From Caldisericia bacterium (GTDB taxonomy: Bacteria; Caldisericota; Caldisericia; UBA6126): a stretch of 64,000 bases of DNA. Location of the stretch: contig JAQVSG010000002.1 of the NCBI GenBank assembly GCA_028700655.1, positions 57,844 to 121,843 of the forward strand, given 5' to 3'. The translations under genes were made by a program, and so were the position numbers. This document shows, piece after piece, positions 10,103 through 19,438 of this stretch (positions are counted from its first letter, which is position 1; each line of letters opens with the position of its first letter). The notes below the pieces were generated by a model. It was not told the origin of the DNA. It saw nothing but the letters and a program-made list of their open reading frames with translations, and did not search any database.

Positions 10103-10710
10103 AACAAAACCAAACGAAACAGATTGTTACACTCGGTATAACATTATCCTTATATTGTATTATAGCTGCTCTTGCCCTGAGTGTAACCTATTCTGTCACT
10201 CTTCCTCAAATCCAATTGCAACAGAAAAAAGCGACCGAAGAAAGCATGAAAAGTATATACCCCGATGCAATATCCTTTACTCTATGTACGGACAATGAGC
10301 AAAATCCTATATTCCATAATCAAGTCATCGATAATTGTATTACCCTTGACTGCATATATGAGGGTAGGGATCAAACGAATTTGCTTCTTGGGTACTTAGT
10401 AAAGGGTTCTTCTCTAGGATATGGTGGTCCTATCGTGTTTATCTATGGCTTGGATCTGGACGATACGATACATTCAGTTTCTATAATTGAGCATTCAGAA
10501 ACCCCTGGTTTGGGAGCAAACGTCATAAAAGATCACTTTTTAAATCAATTTAAAGGGAAACTTACGTCAGACGCTTTTCTCGTAAAACAAGACATTACCC
10601 CAATTACTGCATCAACAATAACTTCAAAAGCTCTTTCTGAGGGAATCAAAAAAAGTGTTACCTATGTGAGGGAAAATATAACGGAGTTAACTAATGAAAA
10701 CGAAAATTAA
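10099..10710 (+). CDS. rnfG: Rnf complex subunit G (FMN-binding)
   Basis: 203 aa. N-terminal TM anchor, NqrC/RnfG FMN-binding domain, and a conserved flavinylated threonine context (TASTITSKA). 4-nt overlap with rnfD. Confidence 0.85.
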   Translation: MKQNQTKQIVTLGITLSLYCIIAALALSVTYSVTLPQIQLQQKKATEESMKSIYPDAISFTLCTDNEQNPIFHNQVIDNCITLDCIYEGRDQTNLLLGYLVKGSSLGYGGPIVFIYGLDLDDTIHSVSIIEHSETPGLGANVIKDHFLNQFKGKLTSDAFLVKQDITPITASTITSKALSEGIKKSVTYVRENITELTNENEN

Positions 10711-11311
10711 ACAACTTTTAACCAAAGGGTTGCTTAAGGAAAACCCAGTCTTTGTATTGATGCTTGGTCTTTGCTCGGTGCTAGCTGTTTCTGTATCGGT
10801 TATAAATGCCTTGGGAATGACACTTGCTTTTACATTTGTTACCGTCCTTTCTGAAGTTACCATTTCTGTATTACGGAAATGGATTCCAAAAAGTCTACGA
10901 ATTCCCATCTTTATCGTTATTATTGCAAGTTTTGTTACCATCCTTCAATTCCTTTTGCAAGCCTATTTCCCCTCTTTGAATAAAGCCCTTGGTATTTTTA
11001 TTCCCCTTATCGTAGTAAATTGTATCATTATTGGGCGTATTGAATCTTTTGCATCCAAGAAACCTGTATTTGATTCTATTCTAGATGGATTGGGGATTAG
11101 TCTTGGGTATGGTATCGCCATACTATCTATTGCCATTGTGCGTGAAATACTTGGCAACGGTACAATTCTTGGGTATTCTCTCTTCGGAACCTCTTTTGAG
11201 CCGGCATTAATGTTTATTCTTCCTCCTGGAGCATTTCTAGTGATTGGTATTGAAATTGGAATCATCAACCATGTCTCTAAAAAAGCTTCTAGAAAAGAGG
11301 CATCTAAATGA
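10694..11311 (+). CDS. rnfE: Rnf complex subunit E
   Basis: 205 aa polytopic NqrD/RnfE family protein (…GLCSVLAVS…FIPLIVVNCIIIGR…). Confidence 0.85.
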   Translation: MKTKIKQLLTKGLLKENPVFVLMLGLCSVLAVSVSVINALGMTLAFTFVTVLSEVTISVLRKWIPKSLRIPIFIVIIASFVTILQFLLQAYFPSLNKALGIFIPLIVVNCIIIGRIESFASKKPVFDSILDGLGISLGYGIAILSIAIVREILGNGTILGYSLFGTSFEPALMFILPPGAFLVIGIEIGIINHVSKKASRKEASK

Positions 11312-11883
11312 ATTTAGTGAACATACTAATACAAACAATTTTCTCACAAAACTTTATTTTTATGCGCTTTTTAGGACTTTGTCCTTTCTTTGGTTTAACA
11401 AACGATATGGACTCTTCCATAGGAATGGGTGGAGCCGTCACCTTTGTTACTGTAATGGCTTCTGTTGTTAGCTATTTTGTGTATTACTTTGTCCTTATTC
11501 CCTTTGGTGTTGAATATCTACAAACCATTGCTTTTATTCTAACCATCGCTGTGTTTGTTCAACTTGTTGAAATATATCTAAAGAAAATGATTCCCAATCT
11601 TTATAAAGTAATGGGCATCTATTTACCCCTCATTACTACAAACTGTATGATTCTAGGAGTTACTCTAATCAATATTCAAGAGGGTTATTCTTTGATGGAA
11701 ACTATAGTTTTCGCTTTTGGTTCTTCCGTTGGTTTTACGCTGGCAATGATTCTTATGACAGCCATACGAATACGCATTGGAAATGCCAACGTCCCTGCTT
11801 TTTTTAAAGGAGCTCCCATTGTATTTCTAGCTGCTTCATTTATTGCAATTGCATTTATGGGACTACAAGGGTTGGGTGGCTAA
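11308..11883 (+). CDS. rnfA: Rnf complex subunit A
   Basis: 191 aa NqrE/RnfA family protein (…GLCPFFG…YLPLITTNCMILGV…), a paralogue of rnfE. 4-nt overlap with rnfE. Confidence 0.85.
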   Translation: MNLVNILIQTIFSQNFIFMRFLGLCPFFGLTNDMDSSIGMGGAVTFVTVMASVVSYFVYYFVLIPFGVEYLQTIAFILTIAVFVQLVEIYLKKMIPNLYKVMGIYLPLITTNCMILGVTLINIQEGYSLMETIVFAFGSSVGFTLAMILMTAIRIRIGNANVPAFFKGAPIVFLAASFIAIAFMGLQGLGG

Positions 11884-11884
11884 T

Positions 11885-12709
11885 ATGAATTGGATGGTAA
11901 TAGTTTCCTCTGTCGTTATTCTTTTAGCTCTTGGTTTATTGTTCGGATGGATGTTAGGAATTTTTTCCAAAGTGTTTTACGTAAAAGAAAATCCTTTGAT
12001 CGAAAAAATTAAAGAAGCTTTACCTCAAGCTAATTGTGGTGCATGTGGTTTCTCTGGGTGTGGTGCTTTTGCTGAAGCCGTAGCCAACGGAAATGCCCCC
12101 ATACATGGTTGTGTTGCTGGAGGGCAAGAAACCATTGACGCTTTAGCTCAAATACTTGGTATTTCTCAAAGTACACCACAAACAAAATATGTTGCCGTTG
12201 TCTTGTGTAAAGGAGATAAGGATGCAGCATTGATCAATGCTGATGCCAAAGGAGCTTCCACCTGTTTAATGGCTCATTATTTACGATTGGATGATAAAGT
12301 TTGCAGATTTGGTTGTTTGGGTTTTGGTGATTGCGTAAATGCATGTCCATTTGGAGCTTTATCGATGACAGAAAAAGGCCTCCCTTTTGTAAACACAGAA
12401 CTATGTACAGGCTGTGGTTTATGTGTAGAAAAATGTCCTCGAGAAATAATAAAGCTGTTCCCTGACACCAAACGCGTGTTATGTTTGTGCAGCAATCACG
12501 ATACCGGTTCCTATGTCCGCAAGGCTTGTAAAGTGGGTTGTATTTCATGTGGACTATGTGTAAAAAAATGTCCTGAAAAAGCAATTGCTTTTAAGAATAA
12601 TTTGCCAGTGATCGATATTGAGAAATGTAATCTTTGTGGAAAATGTGTTACAATATGTCCAATGCATTCTCTAACATTACGACAAGCTTTAACGGAGAAA
12701 GATGAATAA
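11885..12709 (+). CDS. rnfB: Rnf complex subunit B (polyferredoxin)
   Basis: Start MNWMVIVSS at 11885, 1 nt after the rnfA TAA. The product has an N-terminal TM helix plus a CxxCxxC cluster (ANCGACGFSGCG) and several CxxCxxCxxxCP ferredoxin motifs. Confidence 0.85.
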   Translation: MNWMVIVSSVVILLALGLLFGWMLGIFSKVFYVKENPLIEKIKEALPQANCGACGFSGCGAFAEAVANGNAPIHGCVAGGQETIDALAQILGISQSTPQTKYVAVVLCKGDKDAALINADAKGASTCLMAHYLRLDDKVCRFGCLGFGDCVNACPFGALSMTEKGLPFVNTELCTGCGLCVEKCPREIIKLFPDTKRVLCLCSNHDTGSYVRKACKVGCISCGLCVKKCPEKAIAFKNNLPVIDIEKCNLCGKCVTICPMHSLTLRQALTEKDE

Positions 12710-15593
12710 AAAAAACAATCGATCTTTTATTGTGCGGTTATCGTTACTAATAGTGAGTAGTAGTTTCCTTTTTTCTTCCGTTTTTTTGGCCTATGCTGCA
12801 AAACCTTTGTATTTGACAATTCAGAATCAAAGCGGAACTTCGTATGAACGAGCTCTTGTACGCATACCCTTAGAAAACCCTCCCAACGGCAGTTATCGAT
12901 TTGTTGAAGAAGGAACTGATCCTGTTCATGACAATGTAAAAAATGCCATTATAACAACGCCACAGAATAATTGTCTCCTGGTTACCACCTCTCTCCAAAG
13001 TGAGCAGACAAAAGTTTTTCATATTCAAGAAAAAAATGCATCCAACATCAATACGATTCCAACTTCTACAGAAGCAGGTACCTTCTTTCACTTTGTAAAT
13101 TATGAGAATGCCTACATTGTTTCCTGTGAAAATGACAACCAAATTGACATTTATACAGAAAATGAAGAGCTCTTAGACACGATTCTACTCCAAAAAGGAA
13201 AATCATATACGTTTTCTTCATCAAATCCAACGAATATCCTAATTAAATCCAAAAAACCAGTCTTTGTATATGAAAGTTCTTTGTCTCTTGATCCTTTGTC
13301 TAATAAAGAATCGGAGGATAGCGATACTACAACTCTGTATGGAGATCATTTATACTTTTTCCATCCTGGTCACCTTTGGATATCCTCGTATCAAAAAAAT
13401 ACCATCGTAAAAATTCTCGACGAAAATCAACTCCAAGTAAAAGACATCACAATTCACCCCGAACAAGGTGTATTTGTCGAAGACCTACCACCCGGGGTTT
13501 ACTCCATCATTGCCAATTCTCCTGTAACCGCACAGTTTGGGTATGTAGACAACGAAAACTTCTCTTTTGTAATTGGCCAATCCAACCTTATTCATGGGTT
13601 TTCTTTCGGAGACCTTTTGTTTTATTCTCCCTATGACAATGCACAGATAAAGATTCAATATGGAAACAAAAACAGCAATTTTGTTTTGGAAAAAAAGGGA
13701 GATACAAAGCTTCTTTCATTAATTCAAAGTTTTTCCCCTTCTTTACCCGAATACATTTATTTCACTGCTACTTGCAATGTTCCTTTTTTTGTCATGTCTT
13801 TTTCTTCGGGTAAAAACTTTGGTGGTGAATTCTCTCCAGGTTACCACGGTGCCTACCTTGATACTGATTTTACTATGATTTCCTCAAGAATCTCTAAAGA
13901 GTTCTCAAAAGATCAAAAAAGTTTGATTGAAATATACAGTCAACATCCTCATACAAAAGCCACATTCTCAAACAGTAATCCAGAGAACGATCAAACGGTA
14001 ACTCTGAACGAATTCGCAATATACAATTATTCCTCTTCTTCTTCCTTGGAGAAAGTGAATATCTCATCCGATGAACCTCTTTTGTGCCTACAGCTCCACA
14101 ATTATACAAACAAGGGGTTGTTCTATTATGTTCCCCCCCTTGACAATACGGCAATCACCTTTTCTTTTAGCACATCTCCTTCCGATCAAGGAGGTCTTTT
14201 CGCACACCAATCAAATACCACACTGCACCCTCAAATGTTTTTTTATCCTCCTCGGTGGAAAGCTTTTTTCTTGCAAATTCTTAACCCAGACTTAGTTCTT
14301 TTTACTGTTTTTTTTGCAGGGCTACTCATTCTTCTTTTCATCATTTTTATACTTCTAGTTTTCAAACATCGTAAGGAAGATATAGATTCACAGTTCACAG
14401 TTTCGTCCTCTCACCAGACGCTCCATACCCCTTCTACGAATTCTAACGAAGAACCGTTTTCTTTGCCAGAAAAAGAAAATTCTTTCTCTTCCATTGAAAA
14501 AATTCATAAAAAATCTCTTCCAACTGTAAAAAAACAAGAACCACCAAACGACGACGAAATGGAAGCCAAACCCCCTATAATGTCATTCTCTAAAGAAGCT
14601 GACATGCAAAGTAGTAACGAACCCATACCGGCCACGCAAGAATCGAATAAGAAAATTCGATTTGACCCAGCAACCACTCCTTCTTGGCTTTCAGAAGAGC
14701 ATAAAGAAGGCACTCCTGGCAAAACAGAAATCGATGACGAAGAAATCCCACCTTTCTCTAGCACACAAAGACACCGAAAAGGGTTACGAATTACGGATCC
14801 CAACCTTGAAGACATTGATTTTCAAGAAGGGATTCCTTCTTTGGATATAGACGAAGAAGATATCTTTATCCAGATTAAAGGTAAACGTACTATCCCTAAA
14901 ACTCAACAAAATGAATGCCAAAAACCATCTCATACTTCGTACTCATCCGAGAATGAATCCACACCTTCACCAAAACCCTTAGTGGACCCATTCTTAACAG
15001 AGAATTCGTCCCCTTCTACAAACCCCATACAACAAGAGGGCTTTCAAAATTCTTCACAAGAGCCTATGAAAACAAACCAAGCCAAAGAAAACTTAAAACA
15101 GACTCTGTCAAAATCCTGTTCCCCTCAAAATGATCAAAATTTTGAATCCAAGAATGCTAAAAATATGATTGAAAGAATCTATCAAGAACCTGTCTCTGAA
15201 AAGTTAACTAAAAATACAATGGTTCCTTCTCTTGAAAATCTTTTCTATACATCGGTTGTGTTTGATCCTGGTTCTGCCAATCGCTTATATATGGAAGGGT
15301 ACCTTCAACATTTTTCCAAAGGATACATTGGTTCCACTTCCGCAAAAAAGATAAACTCCTCAATCGTTGCGCTCTTAAAATCGATAAAACTGAATCCCAA
15401 CGATATCGCCAAAGCGTCCACTATGGCCGACGTTTGTGATACGTTTGAAGAAGCAGGGAAAGCGTTTGCTCTTTGTAAAAAGAAAAGAATCAAAGTATAT
15501 ATCACTTCGTATAAGCTTCCAAAATTCCTACAAGGCATCACAGTCTATTCTGTACACGATATTGTAAAGCGTTTTCATTCACAGGATGAATGA
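12702..15593 (+). CDS. large Rnf-operon-associated type-I membrane protein, function unknown
   Basis: 963 aa. Signal peptide, ~500-aa extracytoplasmic domain, single TM helix (LVLFTVFFAGLLILLFIIFILLVF), ~250-aa S/P/E/Q-rich low-complexity linker, and a ~130-aa C-terminal globular domain. It overlaps the rnfB stop by 8 nt and the apbE start by 8 nt. Confidence 0.6.
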   Translation: MNKKNNRSFIVRLSLLIVSSSFLFSSVFLAYAAKPLYLTIQNQSGTSYERALVRIPLENPPNGSYRFVEEGTDPVHDNVKNAIITTPQNNCLLVTTSLQSEQTKVFHIQEKNASNINTIPTSTEAGTFFHFVNYENAYIVSCENDNQIDIYTENEELLDTILLQKGKSYTFSSSNPTNILIKSKKPVFVYESSLSLDPLSNKESEDSDTTTLYGDHLYFFHPGHLWISSYQKNTIVKILDENQLQVKDITIHPEQGVFVEDLPPGVYSIIANSPVTAQFGYVDNENFSFVIGQSNLIHGFSFGDLLFYSPYDNAQIKIQYGNKNSNFVLEKKGDTKLLSLIQSFSPSLPEYIYFTATCNVPFFVMSFSSGKNFGGEFSPGYHGAYLDTDFTMISSRISKEFSKDQKSLIEIYSQHPHTKATFSNSNPENDQTVTLNEFAIYNYSSSSSLEKVNISSDEPLLCLQLHNYTNKGLFYYVPPLDNTAITFSFSTSPSDQGGLFAHQSNTTLHPQMFFYPPRWKAFFLQILNPDLVLFTVFFAGLLILLFIIFILLVFKHRKEDIDSQFTVSSSHQTLHTPSTNSNEEPFSLPEKENSFSSIEKIHKKSLPTVKKQEPPNDDEMEAKPPIMSFSKEADMQSSNEPIPATQESNKKIRFDPATTPSWLSEEHKEGTPGKTEIDDEEIPPFSSTQRHRKGLRITDPNLEDIDFQEGIPSLDIDEEDIFIQIKGKRTIPKTQQNECQKPSHTSYSSENESTPSPKPLVDPFLTENSSPSTNPIQQEGFQNSSQEPMKTNQAKENLKQTLSKSCSPQNDQNFESKNAKNMIERIYQEPVSEKLTKNTMVPSLENLFYTSVVFDPGSANRLYMEGYLQHFSKGYIGSTSAKKINSSIVALLKSIKLNPNDIAKASTMADVCDTFEEAGKAFALCKKKRIKVYITSYKLPKFLQGITVYSVHDIVKRFHSQDE

Positions 15594-16590
15594 TTTAAAA
15601 AAACCACAACGTACTATTGTTATTTTTGTTCTTTCACTAGTTATGTTTTTTGTTTCAGCCTGTAATCCAAATCGCTCCGATCCTTTCTATAATTGGACTG
15701 AACGTACTTTTTTCACAATGAATACGTTTCTTACAATTCAAGTGCCCACAGAACAATACTCCGATTCTATGATGGAAGAATTGATGTCGATGGTCAATCA
15801 AACGGATAAAAAACTCAATGTTTATACCATTGGGTCAGACCTATATCGACTTCAACAAAATGCAGGTTATGTTCCTATAGTAGTCGATCCTGAGACCTTC
15901 TTTATCATACAAAAAGGAATTTCTTTTAGCGATCAGTCAGGGGGTGTTTTTGATATTACTGTCGGACCCTTGATTTCATTATACTGCTTTCACGATCCAC
16001 ATCCGCATGTACCTACCCAAGAAGAATTGGACAGAATACTTCCTCTTGTGAGTTATAAGGACATTCAGATGAACGAAGAAGAAAGCACCGTATTTTTACC
16101 TATTCAGGGGATGTATATTGATCTCTCCGGAATTTTAAAAGGGTATATCCTAGATAAAATTTCTGATTTTTTTTTGAACCACGGAATGGATGATTATTAT
16201 GTTAACTTCGGAGGCAATCTATCGATTTCTCGAGACGAACCACTGTACATTGGCATTGAAAACCCCTTTCAAAAAACCACACAAAAGGGATTTTTTCTGT
16301 CTCGGGGATTTGTATCTACATCCTCCTCTACCCATCAATATTTTGAGCAAAATGGAGTTCGATACTCCCATATTGTGCATCCACTGACAGGCTCTGCACA
16401 ACCCGTTATTGCTTCATCAACAGTGGCTACATGGAGTGGAATTGAATCTGATTTTTTATCCACTTATTTTTTTTTAACAGGGACTCACCCAAACCATGAG
16501 GTTCGTAGTCTATATTTTGCACAATCGTCCATATTTTTATACCATCTTACGGAAGCCTTTGAGGTATATGCAGAAAATTACAGTTCGTAA
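15586..16590 (+). CDS. apbE: FAD:protein FMN transferase (ApbE family lipoprotein)
   Basis: 334 aa. Lipobox VSAC. ApbE-family motifs (…MNTFLTIQV…ITVGPLISL…YVNFGGNL…HIVHPLTG). ApbE flavinylates RnfG/RnfD, which is consistent with the genomic context. Confidence 0.85.
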   Translation: MNDLKKPQRTIVIFVLSLVMFFVSACNPNRSDPFYNWTERTFFTMNTFLTIQVPTEQYSDSMMEELMSMVNQTDKKLNVYTIGSDLYRLQQNAGYVPIVVDPETFFIIQKGISFSDQSGGVFDITVGPLISLYCFHDPHPHVPTQEELDRILPLVSYKDIQMNEEESTVFLPIQGMYIDLSGILKGYILDKISDFFLNHGMDDYYVNFGGNLSISRDEPLYIGIENPFQKTTQKGFFLSRGFVSTSSSTHQYFEQNGVRYSHIVHPLTGSAQPVIASSTVATWSGIESDFLSTYFFLTGTHPNHEVRSLYFAQSSIFLYHLTEAFEVYAENYSS

Positions 16591-17077
16591 AATCACAACC
16601 TTTTCTTTTTTGCTAGGCATTGGAATCATTCTCCATGTATTTGAGATCTATATTTCTGTTCCGATCGGCGGATATATGTTGAAACCAGGGATTTCAAACA
16701 TTGTGGTGCTACTTTGTATGTATCTTTTAAGTTTTCACGATGCTGTATTTCTTGCTTTTTCCAGAGGTCTCCTTTCTGGATTGTTTGAACCCTCCCTTAA
16801 TGGTATCACTATTTGTATCACGTTTGGCGGTATTGTTCTTAGTCTCATTGGAATGGGTTTTTTCCATATGCTTCGTTCACAACGCATTGTTACTATAAGT
16901 ATAGCAGGTGCAATTGCTCACAATATTGGTCAATTAATTGTTGTTCTTTTTTTTATTCCTGATAAATATTTACTATACTATCTACCATTACTGATAATTT
17001 CTGGTTTTTTTGGAGGCTTAATCACAGGATGGATTGTTACGTTATCATTGCCAAAGATAAAACAACCTGTGACATAA
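16568..17077 (+). CDS. small polytopic membrane protein (Gx-transporter / heptaprenyl-diphosphate-synthase-component-I-like)
   Basis: ~170 aa with 5 predicted TM helices. Proteins of this family often follow apbE. Start at ATG 16568; the alternative 16496 overlaps apbE more extensively. Confidence 0.45.
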   Translation: MQKITVRKITTFSFLLGIGIILHVFEIYISVPIGGYMLKPGISNIVVLLCMYLLSFHDAVFLAFSRGLLSGLFEPSLNGITICITFGGIVLSLIGMGFFHMLRSQRIVTISIAGAIAHNIGQLIVVLFFIPDKYLLYYLPLLIISGFFGGLITGWIVTLSLPKIKQPVT

Positions 17078-17099
17078 ATTTTATTAAATGGAGTGAATC

Positions 17100-18137
17100 A
17101 TGATATTTGGTCATTTTGGTAAGGATATTGCTATTGATCTTGGAACTGCAAACACACTTGTATATATTGCTGGTAAGGGGATCATGTTAAGAGAACCATC
17201 CATTGTAGCTGTACAACGTGATACTGGAGAGATTATAGCCATTGGGAACGAAGCAAAACGTATGGCAGGTCGAGTTCCTGAAGCTATTCAGATTATTCGT
17301 CCTTTAAAAGATGGTGTTATTGCCAATTTTGAAGTCACTCAAAAACTAATTGAATACCTGATCCAAAAAGTGGGTGCACGGAAAGGACTCTTGGGAAAAA
17401 TTCGCCCAAGGCTTGTCATAGGGATTCCATCTGGAATTACTGAAGTCGAAATGAGAGCCGTAATCGAAGCTGGCTATCAAGCAGGCGCAAAATATGTTGG
17501 CTTGGTACAAGAACCAATGGCGGCATCCTTAGGAGCAAACCTACCCGTCAATGAACCCACCGGAAATATGATTGTTGATATTGGTGGAGGTACGTGCGAA
17601 GTGGCTGTTGTTTCTCTCAACGGAATTGTTGCTAAAAACTCTATTCGTATTGCCGGTGATGAGATGAATGAAGCCATATTGCAATATTTAAAAAGACAAT
17701 ACAATCTTTTGGTAGGAATATATACCGCCGAGGAGATCAAAATTGAGATCGGTACTGCTTATCCCAGCGACGACATTACCTCCGCTGAAATTAAAGGAAG
17801 AGATTTAATCACAGGACTTCCTCGAACCGTCACAATCACCTCTGAAGAAACACGCATTGCACTCAATGATGTTCTAATCAGTATCATGGAAGCATTAAAG
17901 GCAACTCTTGAAATCACACCTCCCGATTTAGCAGCTGATATTATCGATCGAGGTATATTTTTGGCCGGTGGAGGATCTTTGATTCGCGGAATGGCACGAT
18001 ATATTTCGGAAGGAACAGGCATATTGGTTTCCAATGCTGAAAATCCTGTACTTTGCGTAGCCTTAGGTGCAGGGAAAATTGTTGAAAATCTTGAGAAACT
18101 TATGCCTTTGTTGCTTAAAGTTAAATATTATCGCTAA
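17100..18137 (+). CDS. mreB: rod-shape determining actin homologue MreB
   Basis: 345 aa. DLGTANTLVY phosphate-1 motif and VDIGGGTCEVAV phosphate-2 motif. Confidence 0.95.
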   Translation: MIFGHFGKDIAIDLGTANTLVYIAGKGIMLREPSIVAVQRDTGEIIAIGNEAKRMAGRVPEAIQIIRPLKDGVIANFEVTQKLIEYLIQKVGARKGLLGKIRPRLVIGIPSGITEVEMRAVIEAGYQAGAKYVGLVQEPMAASLGANLPVNEPTGNMIVDIGGGTCEVAVVSLNGIVAKNSIRIAGDEMNEAILQYLKRQYNLLVGIYTAEEIKIEIGTAYPSDDITSAEIKGRDLITGLPRTVTITSEETRIALNDVLISIMEALKATLEITPPDLAADIIDRGIFLAGGGSLIRGMARYISEGTGILVSNAENPVLCVALGAGKIVENLEKLMPLLLKVKYYR

Positions 18138-18140
18138 TCA

Positions 18141-18962
18141 ATGTCTACTACCAAAAAAAACTGGCTTTTCGTTTTCATAAGTTCTCTCCTTTTGCTTTTT
18201 TTTGGTTTCCTATGGGTTGGTAATTTTTCCCCTCCCATTGCTAAAGTAACTCATGCTATATCTAGAACAACACTTGTTTCTGTTGGTTCTGTTTTTTCAA
18301 AAGGAGCACAAAGCATACAATCCTTCTTTTCAAATATCCTCCAATATCCATCTCTCAACAGAGAATTGACCGAACTACGAGAAGAGAATAAAAGATTGCA
18401 CAGTGAGATTTTGATTCGGGATGCAATCCAACAAGAAAACAAAAAACTCTCTTCATTATTACGAATCCCAGAAGAGCATAACAATCTGTTTCCATGCCAC
18501 ATTTTAATGCGAGATCCCATGAATCCTATGAATTTTACTATCAATGCGGGGTCCTATCAAAACCTTTCAGAAAACACGGCTATTGTATGTCCTGTTTACG
18601 TATCCTCCACAAAAACTCATTTTCAGCTTATTGGGAGAACTGCTCGAGTAGGATTCAATGAATCGGATATTTTGTCCTTGTACGACGAATCATCACATAT
18701 TAGTATTCGAAACATTCGAAACAATGTCATAGGTACTTTATCCTTTGACAAAGATCAAAACATTCTTTTCGTGAAATTTTATCAAGAACAAGATTTTCAG
18801 GTAGGCGATGTTGTTGTTGTGAGTAACTATTCTTCTTTGCCCAATAATCTGATTGTAGGGATTGTCGATCAAATTGAACCCTCTTCTTCTATCCATTATA
18901 CAGCCATTGTTAAACCATCTATCGATATGAAAACACTCACAGAAGTTTTTGCATTTCAATGA
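18141..18962 (+). CDS. mreC: rod-shape determining protein MreC
   Basis: 273 aa. N-terminal TM helix, coiled-coil (LTELREENKRLHSE), and a C-terminal beta domain. Immediately follows mreB. Confidence 0.8.
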   Translation: MSTTKKNWLFVFISSLLLLFFGFLWVGNFSPPIAKVTHAISRTTLVSVGSVFSKGAQSIQSFFSNILQYPSLNRELTELREENKRLHSEILIRDAIQQENKKLSSLLRIPEEHNNLFPCHILMRDPMNPMNFTINAGSYQNLSENTAIVCPVYVSSTKTHFQLIGRTARVGFNESDILSLYDESSHISIRNIRNNVIGTLSFDKDQNILFVKFYQEQDFQVGDVVVVSNYSSLPNNLIVGIVDQIEPSSSIHYTAIVKPSIDMKTLTEVFAFQ

Positions 18963-19438
18963 TTTTAATTGTGTTTGGCATTTTGCAACTCGTTTGTGTA
19001 GTCACTGATCTTTTCTTTTTCCCCTTTCTTTTCCATACGTCCTTCTTTTGGATTGATTTATCTATTTTTGCATGCATTGGAGGGTTGTTCATTTTTGATA
19101 GCACCTCTCTTTTAATTTCTATTCCACTGCTTTTAATCAAGCTCAGTTATATTCCCACACCCTTGCTGTTTGTCTGTATTCTTTCTTATTTGGCCTTCAT
19201 TTTTCTATTTTTTCTTCTAAAAAATTTATTGCAAATCAATCCTTCGTTATTGTTTGTATCAGAACTAGTTTTTTTATTTCCTTTTTATCTATTCTTTCTT
19301 TCTCAATTCTTTGACATTGCTTTTTTTAAAACGCTGGGGATCCAGTGGTTGCTATTCTTTACATTCTTGTATCCTCTTCTACAATTATTTCGGAAATCAT
19401 ACGAGTCGAGTATCAGCAAACATAGAGTTTCCCCATGA
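18959..19438 (+). CDS. mreD: rod-shape determining protein MreD
   Basis: 159 aa, highly hydrophobic polytopic protein. 4-nt overlap with mreC and 4-nt overlap with the following PBP gene. Confidence 0.65.
   Translation: MILIVFGILQLVCVVTDLFFFPFLFHTSFFWIDLSIFACIGGLFIFDSTSLLISIPLLLIKLSYIPTPLLFVCILSYLAFIFLFFLLKNLLQINPSLLFVSELVFLFPFYLFFLSQFFDIAFFKTLGIQWLLFFTFLYPLLQLFRKSYESSISKHRVSP

Noticed and set aside
14340-15200. Ser/Pro/Glu/Gln-rich stretch that superficially looks like a nucleotide repeat region.
   Set aside because: No periodic direct repeats at the DNA level. It is an in-frame low-complexity linker of the 963-aa membrane protein.
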